Of a stretch of DNA of 64,000 nucleotides, positions 29,170 to 40,229 are shown one piece after another. A program made the translations under genes and the position numbers. The stretch comes from Salinispira sp. (lineage in GTDB: Bacteria; Spirochaetota; Spirochaetia; DSM-27196; Salinispiraceae): NCBI GenBank assembly GCA_965226555.1, contig CBDDDG010000022.1:96001-160000 (forward strand), read 5' to 3'. The notes beneath the pieces were generated by a model. It saw only the letters and a list, made by a program, of their open reading frames with translations, had not been told where the DNA came from and made no database searches. The stretch's first letter is position 1. The number at the start of each line of letters is the position of its first letter.

Positions 29170-30823
29170 TTATACCTTGAGAGAATCAAACATATAGATG
29201 AGAGAACCCTCATTGGAAAATTGTGCAGAGCACAATTTTCAGTAGCAAAACTTTGTAGTATTTTCTTTTTATACAATGGATCTTCGAGTTTTGTATATAC
29301 ATATTCGAGTATGGTCAAGGCATAATTCTGTATGCTGCGGGTATCGTGTTCTGTGTAGGTCAGTAAGGCGTATTCCGCGCAGGAAAGAATGAAGGATTCC
29401 GGAAGTTGCCAATTTTCTGCCGACTGGAGAAATGCAATAAGAGTCTGTAGAAAAAATGTTTGCGCGCGTAATGACTGATCGGGAAAAAATGGCAGTAATT
29501 CAGTGAATACATGCGGATTTATTTCGGCTCTGAGGAATGAACTGATCCGGGCGGCAGCGCTCGCCCCCCCCATATCGGAGAAAAAGCCTGAGAATGAGGG
29601 CCCGTGCGCAGGGTCCCACGAGGGTATATCTATCGCTTGCCGCGTATATATACAGAAGTACATTGTGAAGCGCCGATTCATACATAAGCAATTTCCCTTG
29701 AAGGTTATCCGTCTTGTCAATAATTTCCAATTGTTCCCGGAGCCTTTCAGGATTGCCGACAAGGCTGATGAGAAAATCGGATAAAAAATTACTTTGTACA
29801 TATTGTTTTTCGGGAAAATCCTGCGCCGGAGGGAGCAGTGTTTCCACCAGAAAAATTCTCAGCGATCATCTGCATATCAAAACGGTGAATTCTCCATACG
29901 GAATCGCTGACATGAAGATATTTTTTATGCAGCGCGGCAAATTCATATTCCCATGGTTCCGGAAGATTATACAGTTCATATTCGGTATTTTCTGAGGTAA
30001 CTGCTTTCAATCGTCTGTTATCAATGTGAATATACAGTGTCGTATTACGAAAAAAGAGAAGGGCAATGAGGCGCCCATTGCCCGGGGTTTTTCCGCCCTG
30101 CAGTTCTTTTCCGCTAAGTGTATAACGCCGGTATTGACCTGAAGCCGGTGAATGAATAAGAAATTCTCTGCCATGTACAATAAATTCATTCCAGTTCTTC
30201 TGAATGCTTATGTGCGTAATGAGAATTCCATCAATTGAATACCAGAGCAATTGTTCATCAGTTTGAATAATAATTGTCTCTTCCTGACTTACCAGTAATT
30301 TTTTCCATGAGCGAACGGGAAGTTTCCAGCTCATAAGGGGCATATCGCCGAGTTGGAATGCAGACGAAAAAATATGAACAGTATTGTGTTCATCAATAAG
30401 TATACCTCTCCCGTCAACAAGAGCAATTTCTTCCCCCTGTGAGGATAATGATCGGAAGAAGGGTGTTTTTCCAATAAATCCGCGGGGTGAAAATGAGAGG
30501 AGGGTATCGCGGACAGGAATGTGAATTTCACCATTTCCCTGAACATACCACATTCCCCAAGGAAGATGCGCAAAATCATACTGCCAGAGAATATTCCCGT
30601 TAACATGAAGGCGCTGTATATGTTTGTCATCGGTCATGACGATAAGTTCATTCTCCCCAATAGTTAATGGGGTCTGAAGTACTCTGCCCTCAAACACTAT
30701 CTGCCTGTACCAAGGGGGCATACCGTCATCTCCCTGCGCATCTGCCGGAAATGGAGATGCGAAAGTTATGAATGCGGCGATTAATGCGAGAGGAAAGATC
30801 AGATTACTTATCATATAGTACAT
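29106..30823 (-). CDS. Exported protein with PQQ-like beta-propeller N-terminus and helical C-terminus; frameshifted near 29800
   Basis: Signal peptide, beta-rich repeats (NGNILWQYD, YSIDG) and overlapping ORF pieces. Function unclear. Confidence 0.45.
29211..29254. repeat. Palindromic repeat, long type, copy 3
   Basis: CATTGGAAAATTGTGCAGAGCACAATTTTCAGTAGCAAAACTTT. Confidence 0.8.
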
Positions 30824-30851
30824 ACTATCCGAAATAGTATATATAACTATG

Positions 30852-30878
30852 GAAAATTTTGCATTTTGCAAAAATTTC
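30852..30878. repeat. Minimal palindromic repeat between divergent genes
   Basis: GAAAATTTTGCATTTTGCAAAAATTTC. Confidence 0.6.
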
Positions 30879-30906
30879 TAGTGTATACTGTAATGTAGGT
30901 AGGTTC

Positions 30907-33900
30907 ATGGAAAAAACGTTACTTGTTTTTATTTGTGTTGTTTTTATTTTTCTTGGTATAGGCGGGCTTCTTTTATTTCAGCAGAGCGCGTTTCTCAATC
31001 CGTTTCAGAAACTGTACACCTTCGATGTTCCTGTTTTTGCTACCGGTGATATTCTGGGTAACAATTATATTATCGATTCAGCATTCAAAAGGGTGAGTAA
31101 GATACAGCCTGATGGTAAGATTGTATATCAGATTAACGGCGGACTCCGAAATGATAATCAGTTCTTTTATGTTAACCAGATTGCAGTAAATGATGATGGA
31201 TATTTATTCCTTCTTGATGAGACAAGGGATGAAAAAGGGTTTTATGTTCTCCGTGAACGAATTCTCCTCTATTCTCCGCAGGGCAAATTTCTTGGCGTTC
31301 TCCATGAAATAAATTATCCGGTTGATCTCAATGATCCCACTCTTGTACAACGCGGCCGGATAAATAAGCTTGCCGCCTCAGAAAACCGTGCGGTTACCTA
31401 CTATATTCTGGAAGAAAATGAAATTATCATAAACGAGGTAAATTTCGCAATAGAAAATGATCGGCTTTCCGAAGGTTCCATTACGTCAATTCAGGAAAGA
31501 AAGTATACCTATCCCGATACCCTTTTAAATATTGCCGACATTATTGAATTCCGCAATTCCCCCGTTGTTACTCTTCGGAATGGTACAATAAAGCTCCTGA
31601 GTAATACGGGCAGGGAAGATGATACCATCCTTTTTTCAGGGCAACGGAGTTCTCAAAATTCCAAACGAATTGTTCCATGGGAACTTGCCTCAGACAGTCA
31701 AAATAATATCTTTTTTGTCGATTTGGAAAGTCGGGCAATTCGTGACCTCAATGGAAACATTATCCTCGATCGTGACCGTATTGCCTCTGCGACCGGCATT
31801 GAAGATTTCGATGAGTATGACTATTACCGTCTGGACATTTCTGACAATGATATCCTTTACACGACCAATGATGTTGGTGTTGTAAGCTACTCTTTCACGG
31901 ATGGCAGTATCTCGTTTGAAGATACTGCCGAATTCAGTCAATATCAGATTCTCATCATTGTATTGTGGTGGGTAAGTTTGCTTGTTTTTATTGTCTCATT
32001 TATTTTGCTGCTGCGTGTTGTGTACGTGAAAATATTTAACCGAAAATTTCCTCAGGCGGTAATTCAGGCAATAGCCGTAATAGCCGTAGTAACTGTCATT
32101 GGCGGAATGAGCACGTTTTTACTCATAGATAATTTCAATTCCCGGTATACCGGCGTTATTTTTCAAAGAATTTCACAAATGATTCAACTCGTTCCGCTTG
32201 TTATTGATGGAGACGATTTTGAAGAACTGAATTCACAGGCCGACTTCGGAAACCCTGCCTATATGTCACTTCGGCAGAAATTAATTGCGGCATACAATCA
32301 AAACAAGGATGAGTGGAACAAAGGATATTATTTTGCCATCTACCGTATAATTGATGACAGGCTCTATGGGCTAATGTACCTTAACGGGCAGATCGGAATG
32401 TTTCATCCCTTCGACTGGTTGGAAGGGCAGAAAATCCGGGAATCTATGATCTCACTCTGAATGGAGAAATTGGTACTGAAATGATTCAGGATATTACCGG
32501 TGAGTGGATCTACGGAGTCGGCCCAATATACAACAGCGCTGGTGAGGTAGTCGGAATATTTGAAACAGGCACCGATCTGTATACTCTGACGGTTGAGAAC
32601 CGCGCCCTTATTATTGATCTTATCTGGGAACTTGTTACCGTATGGATTGTGCTTATGCTGCTTCTAGTTGAGGTAAGCGCCCTGACCAGCCTCTTAAAAG
32701 ATCGGGAAATGGCTCATATGCCCTATTCTCTCAATGATCAGAGTTTTTCAGATGGAAACCTTGCCCGTCCGCTTGTATTTCTCTATTTCACGGCGGTCAG
32801 CTTTTCAATATCCTTCCTGCCGCTTTTCTCAAGGGACCTTGCTCAAGCGCTGCCCTCTGCAAACAGAGACATCCTTATTGCCCTGCCTCTTTCTCTGGAA
32901 ATGGCATTTTTCGGGGCGGCTACTGTTGTTATCGGTTTATTTACCAAACATTATGGCTGGCGTTCTATTTTTTCACTAAGCCTTTTTCTTACCGGTTCCG
33001 GTTTACTTCTTTCAGCCCTGTCTCACTCCAGTACCTTTACCGAAGCATCGGCGAGTTCCGGTTTACTTTTTTCATCCCCGTCTCACTCATACTATCTTCT
33101 TATTGTTGCGCGCTCCATTACGGGTTTTGGCACAGGTATGGGATATATTGCGCTGCGCAGTTTTATAAACCTTGAGGGCAGGGATGAGATCCGCAACAAG
33201 GCATACTCCAATTTCTACTCAGGTATGATAGGAGGAATTAATGTTGGACTGGTTCTTGGCGCCTCGCTTGCGGCCTGGGTTGGGTATAGTAATGTCTTTG
33301 TTATCGGATTAGTTCTTCTGATAGTAACGGCGATTCTTTTTGCGACACTTTATAGAGATGCAAAATTTTTCTGGCCGCGAGAAGAATTGAGTGATCTCAC
33401 TCATAGGCAGGCTCTTTTTTCCCTTATTAAATCGCCGCGCCTTTGGGTCTATTTCATTTTCCTTCTTCTTCCGACCTATGCAGCTGCGGCCTATGTTGGA
33501 TTCTATTTTCCCCTATTCGGAGAAAATGTTCTGGGGCTCAGTACTTCGCAAATTGGCCGTTTTATGATAATGAATGGTCTTCTCATAGTGTATCTTGGTC
33601 CTCCGCTCAGCCGCTTCATTGAGCGTAAAATCGGAAATTACTGGGGGAGTGTTCTCGGATCCATTTTCTGGGGACTTATCCTCGTAATTGCCGGTCTTAC
33701 AGGTAATATTTTTGCTGTAGCCATAGTTCTTATACTTATGGGGCTCACGGAAGGTTTTGCGGTAAGTACCCAGAATGGGCTATATTTTTCCGAAAAGATT
33801 ATTAGTGTTGTTGGGCAGGATAGATCAACAGGGTATTTCGAGTTTTTCGGTAAAATTGGAGATACAATCGGACCGGTAATCTTTGCATCTGTTCTGATGC

Positions 33901-34016
33901 TTGGAGCGCGGACTGGTCTGATTACGCTTGGAATTGTCATTGCTACCATGACAGTGCCCTACATACTATTTATACGGAATCCGGACGGACGCAAAAAAAT
34001 CGCACGTGAAAACTAA
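30907..34016 (+). CDS. Sensor-MFS fusion: extracytoplasmic NHL/beta-propeller + Cache-like domain + MFS transporter (one frameshift near 32426)
   Basis: Adding one G to the GGG at about 32426 joins the ORFs (WLEGAENPGIYDLTLNGEIGTEMIQD). C-terminal MFS features: ARSITGFGTG, GINVGLVLGASLA, KIGDTIGPVIF. Confidence 0.75.
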
Positions 34017-36875
34017 AATCGTCATAAACAAAATATTTCTTTTTATTCTCATCGTGTTGATTAGCTCGATCATACTTTTTGCGGTGGGTAATCGTAACTC
34101 GCATAGAAATTTATTTGACAGACACGTCTATTTTGATTATCCGCAGTTCAGTGTTATGGATGATGACAACACCATATACATTATTGATACGAACCGACGC
34201 CGTATTCTGCTGGCCGATAATACCGGAGAATTGATAACGTCTATCTCCGAAGGAAAGCGGGAAGAAGGATCCTTTTATTACGCTGAGAAAATCATTCCCG
34301 CTTCTACCGATACATTTTTTGTTCTTAATTATGTTCTTGATATCAATGGAATGTTTGTTTTGAGGGAAGAGCTTATTGAATATGACAAACAGGGAAATTT
34401 CAAACGCATTTTCTACCAGCGGCGGTATGAAAATCGAAAAGCAACCCTGGTGCAGAGAGGCGAAATTTTCAGTCCGAAAGTATTTCAGGACTGGCTTTAC
34501 TTCTTCATTATTGATGAACAGCAAATTCGATTTATCCGTAAATCAACACAAAATGAATCAAGTGAAATCATTACAAGCCTGCCCTTTGAAGAGGCCATTG
34601 CCTATGTTGCGGACATTGAATGGCTCGATTCAGAAAATTTTCTTATTCTTGATAAACGGGGGTTTATGACTCGAGGTGATATCGGGCGGCACTATGCAAA
34701 CCATATACTATCATCAGGATAACAACATAAACAGCACAAACGATGGCGGAATTGATTTTTTGCCCGCCGATAATCTCTGGAATATGACTATTTCAGGAAA
34801 TGGATTGCTGTATATTACCGATCTTATTAATCGCCGGATTGTTTCTATACCGCTTTCAGATATCAATTCTTCAGAGGAAGATACCTTTGAAGTTTCATAC
34901 ACTGTTGTGATGGAACCTGAGATACTGGCGGCCGCGGGTTTTTCCGATGAACCATTTATTTACTATCAGATCGGATCAGCACCAAATGGCTTTGTAACTG
35001 CCTATGAAATTGGGGTATATTTTGCTGATACAGAAGGAAAATTTAAGCATTATCAGTCCTTTACTCTTCCGTTTGCTGAAATAATTATTACCTTTTGTTG
35101 GTGGCTGGGAATTATTTCCGGTTCAATTTCATTAACCATCGGCATTTTCTATGTGTTTACAAGAATTCTCAAGGGCCGAATTTCATTAATGGCCAAGCAA
35201 TCTCTTATTATTTTGCCACTTCTTGGAGGCGGTATAATACTTATCGCCAGCATTCTACTTCAGACATTTATTACCCAATATGAAGCAAGTAATATTGATA
35301 AATTACTCTCCCTGACTCAAACCATAAGTCAGAGTATAGATGGCGATGTGTTTTACGGGGTTACGAATCAGGGCGATTACATGAATGATTCATATCGAAG
35401 GATTAGAGAGAAGCTGAGAGGGGCATTAAATTATAATCAGGATAGTTGGAACGAAGGGTTTTATTTTGCGCTGTATCAGGTCATTAATGAAAACCTTTAT
35501 GGCTATATGTACTTGAATAATTTAATTGGTCTCCGGCATTTATTTAACTGGTATGAAGATCCACAGAGTATTTACCGCTATGCCTATGAAGGTTCTGTTG
35601 TTTTTGAGCAGGCCGAAGATATCAGCGGAAGTTTTCTGTATGCGGTGGCTCCGATTTATGATTCATTAGGCCAGCCTGTTGCCTTACTGGAAATTGGTTC
35701 AGATCTATATTATTTCAGACAGAATGTTCAGCAAGTATATAATCGTACCGTCTTGTATATGTCCTTTGTTGGGCTTACGCTTATCATATTTATTCTTCTG
35801 ATGACCTTCCTCATTCTCAGAAATCTTGGTGTTTTGCGAAGGGGTGTCGAGCGTATTGCCGAAGGCGAATGGTCCCATAAGATAGCGCTGAAAAGTAATG
35901 ATGAAGTAAGTGAGCTTGGCGAACGTTTCAATTATATGAGCGATTCAATTCATAATTATTTGAATCAAATTCAACTTTTAAATAGCAGTTATCAGAAATT
36001 TTTTCCCGATGATTTTCTCCAGCACCTTGATCTTAGGAGTGTTACTGAAGTAAAGCTGGGCGATCAGGTAGAAAAGAATATGAGTATCTTATTTTCAGAT
36101 ATCCGCTCCTTCACATCAATATCCGAAAATCTTACTCCGGCGGAGAATTTTAATTTTCTTAATGAATATCTGAAAATAATTGCCCCTATTATCCGTAAAA
36201 ACCAGGGCTTCATTGATAAATATGTTGGTGATGCCATTATGGCTCTTTTCCCATCGGTTGCCGATGATGCCGTCAAAACTGCCATTGATATGGTCACGAA
36301 TCTTAAGGAATTTAATTACCAACAGACTACTCTGCCGGAAATAAAAATCGGAATCGGTATACATACCGGTAAGGTAATGCTTGGTATTTTGGGTGAACAG
36401 CAGCGTATGGAAGCAACTGTTATCGCCGATTCCGTTAATTTTGCCGCCAGACTCGAATCGCTTTCAAAACATGCGGGAGCTACAATAATTGTAAGCGAAG
36501 ATACCATGAACCAGATAAGTAACCAGGAACATTTCCTGAAGCGCTATCTTGGCCGTGTTCAAGTCGTGGAGAAAGGATGAAGCAATGCGTATTTATGAAA
36601 TTCTCAGTGGTTTGCCTGAAAAGGAGCTCGAAAATAAGTTGCGATGCAAGAGCATGCTCATGAAGGGAATTCAATCTTTTGAGGAGGGCGATTTACAAAC
36701 TGCTCTGGATAGTTTCTCACAATTACGAAAAGACCCGTTTAATGAAAAAATAGCTACACTTTATATTAGTTGCATTAAACACTATCACCACCGCTTGGAT
36801 GTTGCCGCCCGGCATGAGGAAGAATCACCTGAATGGAATGGTGTTCTCCACATTGTCAGTAAAGTAAAGGGATAG
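34006..36875 (+). CDS. Sensor adenylate/guanylate cyclase: NHL/beta-propeller + Cache-like + HAMP + class III cyclase (frameshifts near 34685 and 36575)
   Basis: HAMP SNDEVSELGERFNYM; cyclase ILFSDIRSFT, IDKYVGDAIMA, IGIGIHTG, TVIADSVNFAARLES. Confidence 0.85.
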
Positions 36876-36885
36876 GACTTGCCTC

Positions 36886-37888
36886 GTGAAAAGGAAAATT
36901 TGTTTATTTATCGGAAGTTACCGGCCAGTTGTCAGCAGACGCGACAGCGGTGAGGAACTTATTAAGGCGCTGCTGCCCCAGGGTTTAAACCTGACAACTG
37001 TTTATCTGCGCCCGGATGACCCACTCCGCAAAAAAAAATACAAGAATTGCGCTATCAAGACTATTCCGCAGATCATGCGTCAACCGAGAAAACACATTGT
37101 TAAAAGTTTCAAAGAAAACGAGTTTACCGCAGACTGGAAAAGCTGGATGGATGACTTCCGATTGGAAAACTATGATCTCGGTATTGTCTATTTTGGCAGT
37201 TGGATTCCTCCTGAACTCTTCAATACACCAAAATATGGATTCATAAATTTTCATCCTGGTCCATTACCATCGTTGAGAGGATTTGAGGCTGAGACATGGG
37301 CAATACTTTCCGACATGCGTTATTTTTATGGGACAGTTCACAGAGTCAGTGAAAATTATGATGAGGGAGAAATTATCTGGCGTACGCAAAAGGTGCGGAT
37401 CCGTCAAAAAGAAACTCCTACTTCCATTCTGCAGCGTGTTTGTTATGCTGGTATAAAAAACAATTCATAAAGTGACGCAGCAATTTCTTGCAGGAAGGCT
37501 GAACACAATAAGCCAAAAGGCGGAAGATGGTATTCTGGCATCAGTGAAATTTGTTTCTTCCTATGCCAAGGTGGACTGGGCGAAAGACAGTTTGAACATT
37601 CTGAACCGAAAAAATAGGGCCTTTAACGGTCAATATATATCTGTTTCGCTTACACTTAATCATAAAGGACAGGAACGAATTATCAGAGATCTTCATGTCA
37701 TTCCCGGGGAACAGGAAGGGGGACTTGGCAAATATCTTGGAAAATATCCGAATCCCGGTCATTTTCAGGGAAAAGATATGTTTCAGGCCCTCGATGGTAT
37801 TGTGATTTTTGACTTTCTTCCGCTTGGTTCAACAAAACCACTGCGTGCCGCCGTTTTTGCTGAATATAATGACAAAACCTATTCCTGA
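36886..37888 (+). CDS. Formyltransferase (Fmt/ArnA-N-like), frameshift in an A-run near 37460
   Basis: INFHPGPLPSLRG and GTVHRVSENYDEGEII; C-terminal VDW...NRAFN segment. Confidence 0.75.
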
Positions 37889-37903
37889 AATCTTTGCACA
37901 CAT

Positions 37904-37956
37904 AAAGTTTGCATTGGAAAATTGTGCAGAGCACAATTTCCAGTAGCAAAACTTTC
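37904..37956. repeat. Palindromic repeat, long type, copy 4 (between convergent genes)
   Basis: TTTGCATTGGAAAATTGTGCAGAGCACAATTTCCAGTAGCAAAACTTTC. Confidence 0.85.
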
Positions 37957-37963
37957 GATGACA

Positions 37964-39328
37964 CTAATTATGATCAATAACCGAGATTGATTGCCACTTT
38001 CCCTTAATATAGCGGGAGGACATGGCACAGCCTAGGCAGATAACAAATACAATGAACAGCAGCCATGTACTTATTGGTGGAATTTTGACCAGCCGAACAA
38101 AAACTATAACAGAAATGGCGTAGAACCAATGAATGAGTACCGACACGCGCATTACCCAATGCGTATCACCTGCTCCACGCAGAGCACAGGCAAAAATGAG
38201 CTGGGTCATATCGGCCAAAATATAAATTGATGCAAGCCGCAGCATTGTTCTCGAAAGTTTCAGATATTCATCACCGACATCTTTAAATTGTGCCGCAAAC
38301 AAGTTCACAAGTGCTTCGGCGCCAAATAAAAATATCAGCATCATAATGCCGCCGTAGAACAAACTTATTTTCCAGGACATGAAACCGGCCTTTCTGGCAA
38401 TCTGCGGTTTTTTTGCCCCCATGTACCGTCCGACAATTGATGTTGTCGCCGCTCCGAGGCCGGCCATCGGTATAAATACAACTTGATCATAATTCAGTGT
38501 AATAGTTACTGCGGCAGCAACTTCTGCCCCATATGAATGAAGAAGCTGCAGTCCAATGTTGAAGGCCATTATGTTTAAAAAAAGATTTCCTCCGGCAGGA
38601 GCGCCGAATTTGATCAGTTTGATGAATATTTCCTTATCAAAAGACCACAATCTGTTATGTTTGTTCATTTTGTACCCATGGGAACAAAGATAAAAGATAA
38701 AGAGAATGCCGTTGATGATAATAATACTGAAAAGTGTTGCGTAAGCAGCTCCCCGTAAACCGAGTGCGGGAAAACCGAATTTGCCAAAGATCAGTACATA
38801 ATTGAGCGGTATATTGATGAATACCCCGATAACATTGGCAATGAATACAAGATTGGTTTTTCCAATACCGATAAAGTAGCTGCCGAAAGCAGTGCGCAGC
38901 AGTGTGAAAATTGAGCCTGCCATAAGAATACGCACATATAAATATTCATACGCAATTTGTTCGGGAGTATGACCAGCAAGAATGAATGTAAGGCGAACAA
39001 TTGGAATGGCAGCTACAATGATGGGCCAGGCTATAAAGGATAATATGATCCCCTGACTGAGAGTCTTTCGTCCATGTTGTAGTTTTCCTGCTCCATAAAA
39101 TTGGGCAACGAGAGCATTGATGTATCCTATGAGGCCAATAAAAAAACTTTGAAAGACAAAATTACTTATTCCTCCGCTGAGAGCGGCAGACATAACCGTG
39201 ATATTGACCCGAGACAGAAAAAGACGGTCAAAAAAGAACATGGTTGTCTCAGATGCCTGAGATGCAACCATCGGAAGAGCAATTATCAGAATTTCACGGT
39301 ATGTGAGTTTATCGGATGTGACAGACAT
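37964..39328 (-). CDS. MATE family efflux transporter
   Basis: About 12 TM helices; NIPLNYVLIFGKFGFPALGLRGAAYAT and ALRGAGDT. Confidence 0.93.
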   Translation of the reverse strand: MSVTSDKLTYREILIIALPMVASQASETTMFFFDRLFLSRVNITVMSAALSGGISNFVFQSFFIGLIGYINALVAQFYGAGKLQHGRKTLSQGIILSFIAWPIIVAAIPIVRLTFILAGHTPEQIAYEYLYVRILMAGSIFTLLRTAFGSYFIGIGKTNLVFIANVIGVFINIPLNYVLIFGKFGFPALGLRGAAYATLFSIIIINGILFIFYLCSHGYKMNKHNRLWSFDKEIFIKLIKFGAPAGGNLFLNIMAFNIGLQLLHSYGAEVAAAVTITLNYDQVVFIPMAGLGAATTSIVGRYMGAKKPQIARKAGFMSWKISLFYGGIMMLIFLFGAEALVNLFAAQFKDVGDEYLKLSRTMLRLASIYILADMTQLIFACALRGAGDTHWVMRVSVLIHWFYAISVIVFVRLVKIPPISTWLLFIVFVICLGCAMSSRYIKGKWQSISVIDHN

Positions 39329-39356
39329 AGATACTTATATCACATATATTCATACT

Positions 39357-40220
39357 ATGAAACTTAATCCCAAATATCTGCGTGAATATGATCTTATTCA
39401 GAAAACAGGCAATTCCCCCATAACCGGAAAAATGATCCGGGCAGTCCTCAAGGATCTTGGTATTGAACAGGGTTGTCGGCTTATGATGCACTGCTCACTT
39501 CGCAGTATCGGTTGGCATGTGGGAGGGAGTAGAATGCTTCTGGAAGCTGTTATGAATCAGATCGGAGAGAAGGGACTACTTCTCATGCCTGCCCACAGTA
39601 ATGATTGCAGCGATCCGGAAGACTGGGGTAACCCCCCTGTTCCCGATGCTTGGAAACCCATTATCCGTAAGGAAATGCCTCCATTTGATCCAAATCGGAC
39701 ATCTGCGCTTCGCGTAGGAGCAACGGCGGAATTGTTCCGAACCCTGCCGGGAGTGCACCGCAGCAGTCATCCCCTGCTTAGTGTTGCCGCATGGGGGAAT
39801 GGTGCTCGGGAAATAACAGCGGATCATGCTCTCGATTATCCGAACGGCATGGCTAGTCCGCTTGCCAGACTCTATGAACATGGAGCGGTAATTCTTCTGT
39901 ATGGAGTTACGTATGCAAATTGTACCATGCTTCATCTGGCGGAATACCGCGCGCAATGGCCAGGGAAAAAGGCGATAGTGATAAAAGCGCCAGTATCTCG
40001 GGTGAATGGGAATACTCACTGGGAAGAACTCAAAGACTATGACTATGACATGGATGATTTCATGAACATTGGTACTGCCATGGAAGAACAGGGGGTTTCA
40101 TGGATTCGTCAAAAAAACCTTGGAATCGGCACTCTGCGTGCCATTAATTGCAGAGAATTTGTTGATTTTGCGGTTGGGTGGATGGAAGAGCATCGGGATG
40201 AAACGGGTTTTCCCCTATGA
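39357..40220 (+). CDS. AAC(3)/YokD-family N-acetyltransferase
   Basis: HCSLRSIGW, LLMPAHS, RSSHPLLSVAAWG, NCTMLHLAE. Confidence 0.9.
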   Translation: MKLNPKYLREYDLIQKTGNSPITGKMIRAVLKDLGIEQGCRLMMHCSLRSIGWHVGGSRMLLEAVMNQIGEKGLLLMPAHSNDCSDPEDWGNPPVPDAWKPIIRKEMPPFDPNRTSALRVGATAELFRTLPGVHRSSHPLLSVAAWGNGAREITADHALDYPNGMASPLARLYEHGAVILLYGVTYANCTMLHLAEYRAQWPGKKAIVIKAPVSRVNGNTHWEELKDYDYDMDDFMNIGTAMEEQGVSWIRQKNLGIGTLRAINCREFVDFAVGWMEEHRDETGFPL

Positions 40221-40229
40221 AACGTGAGA

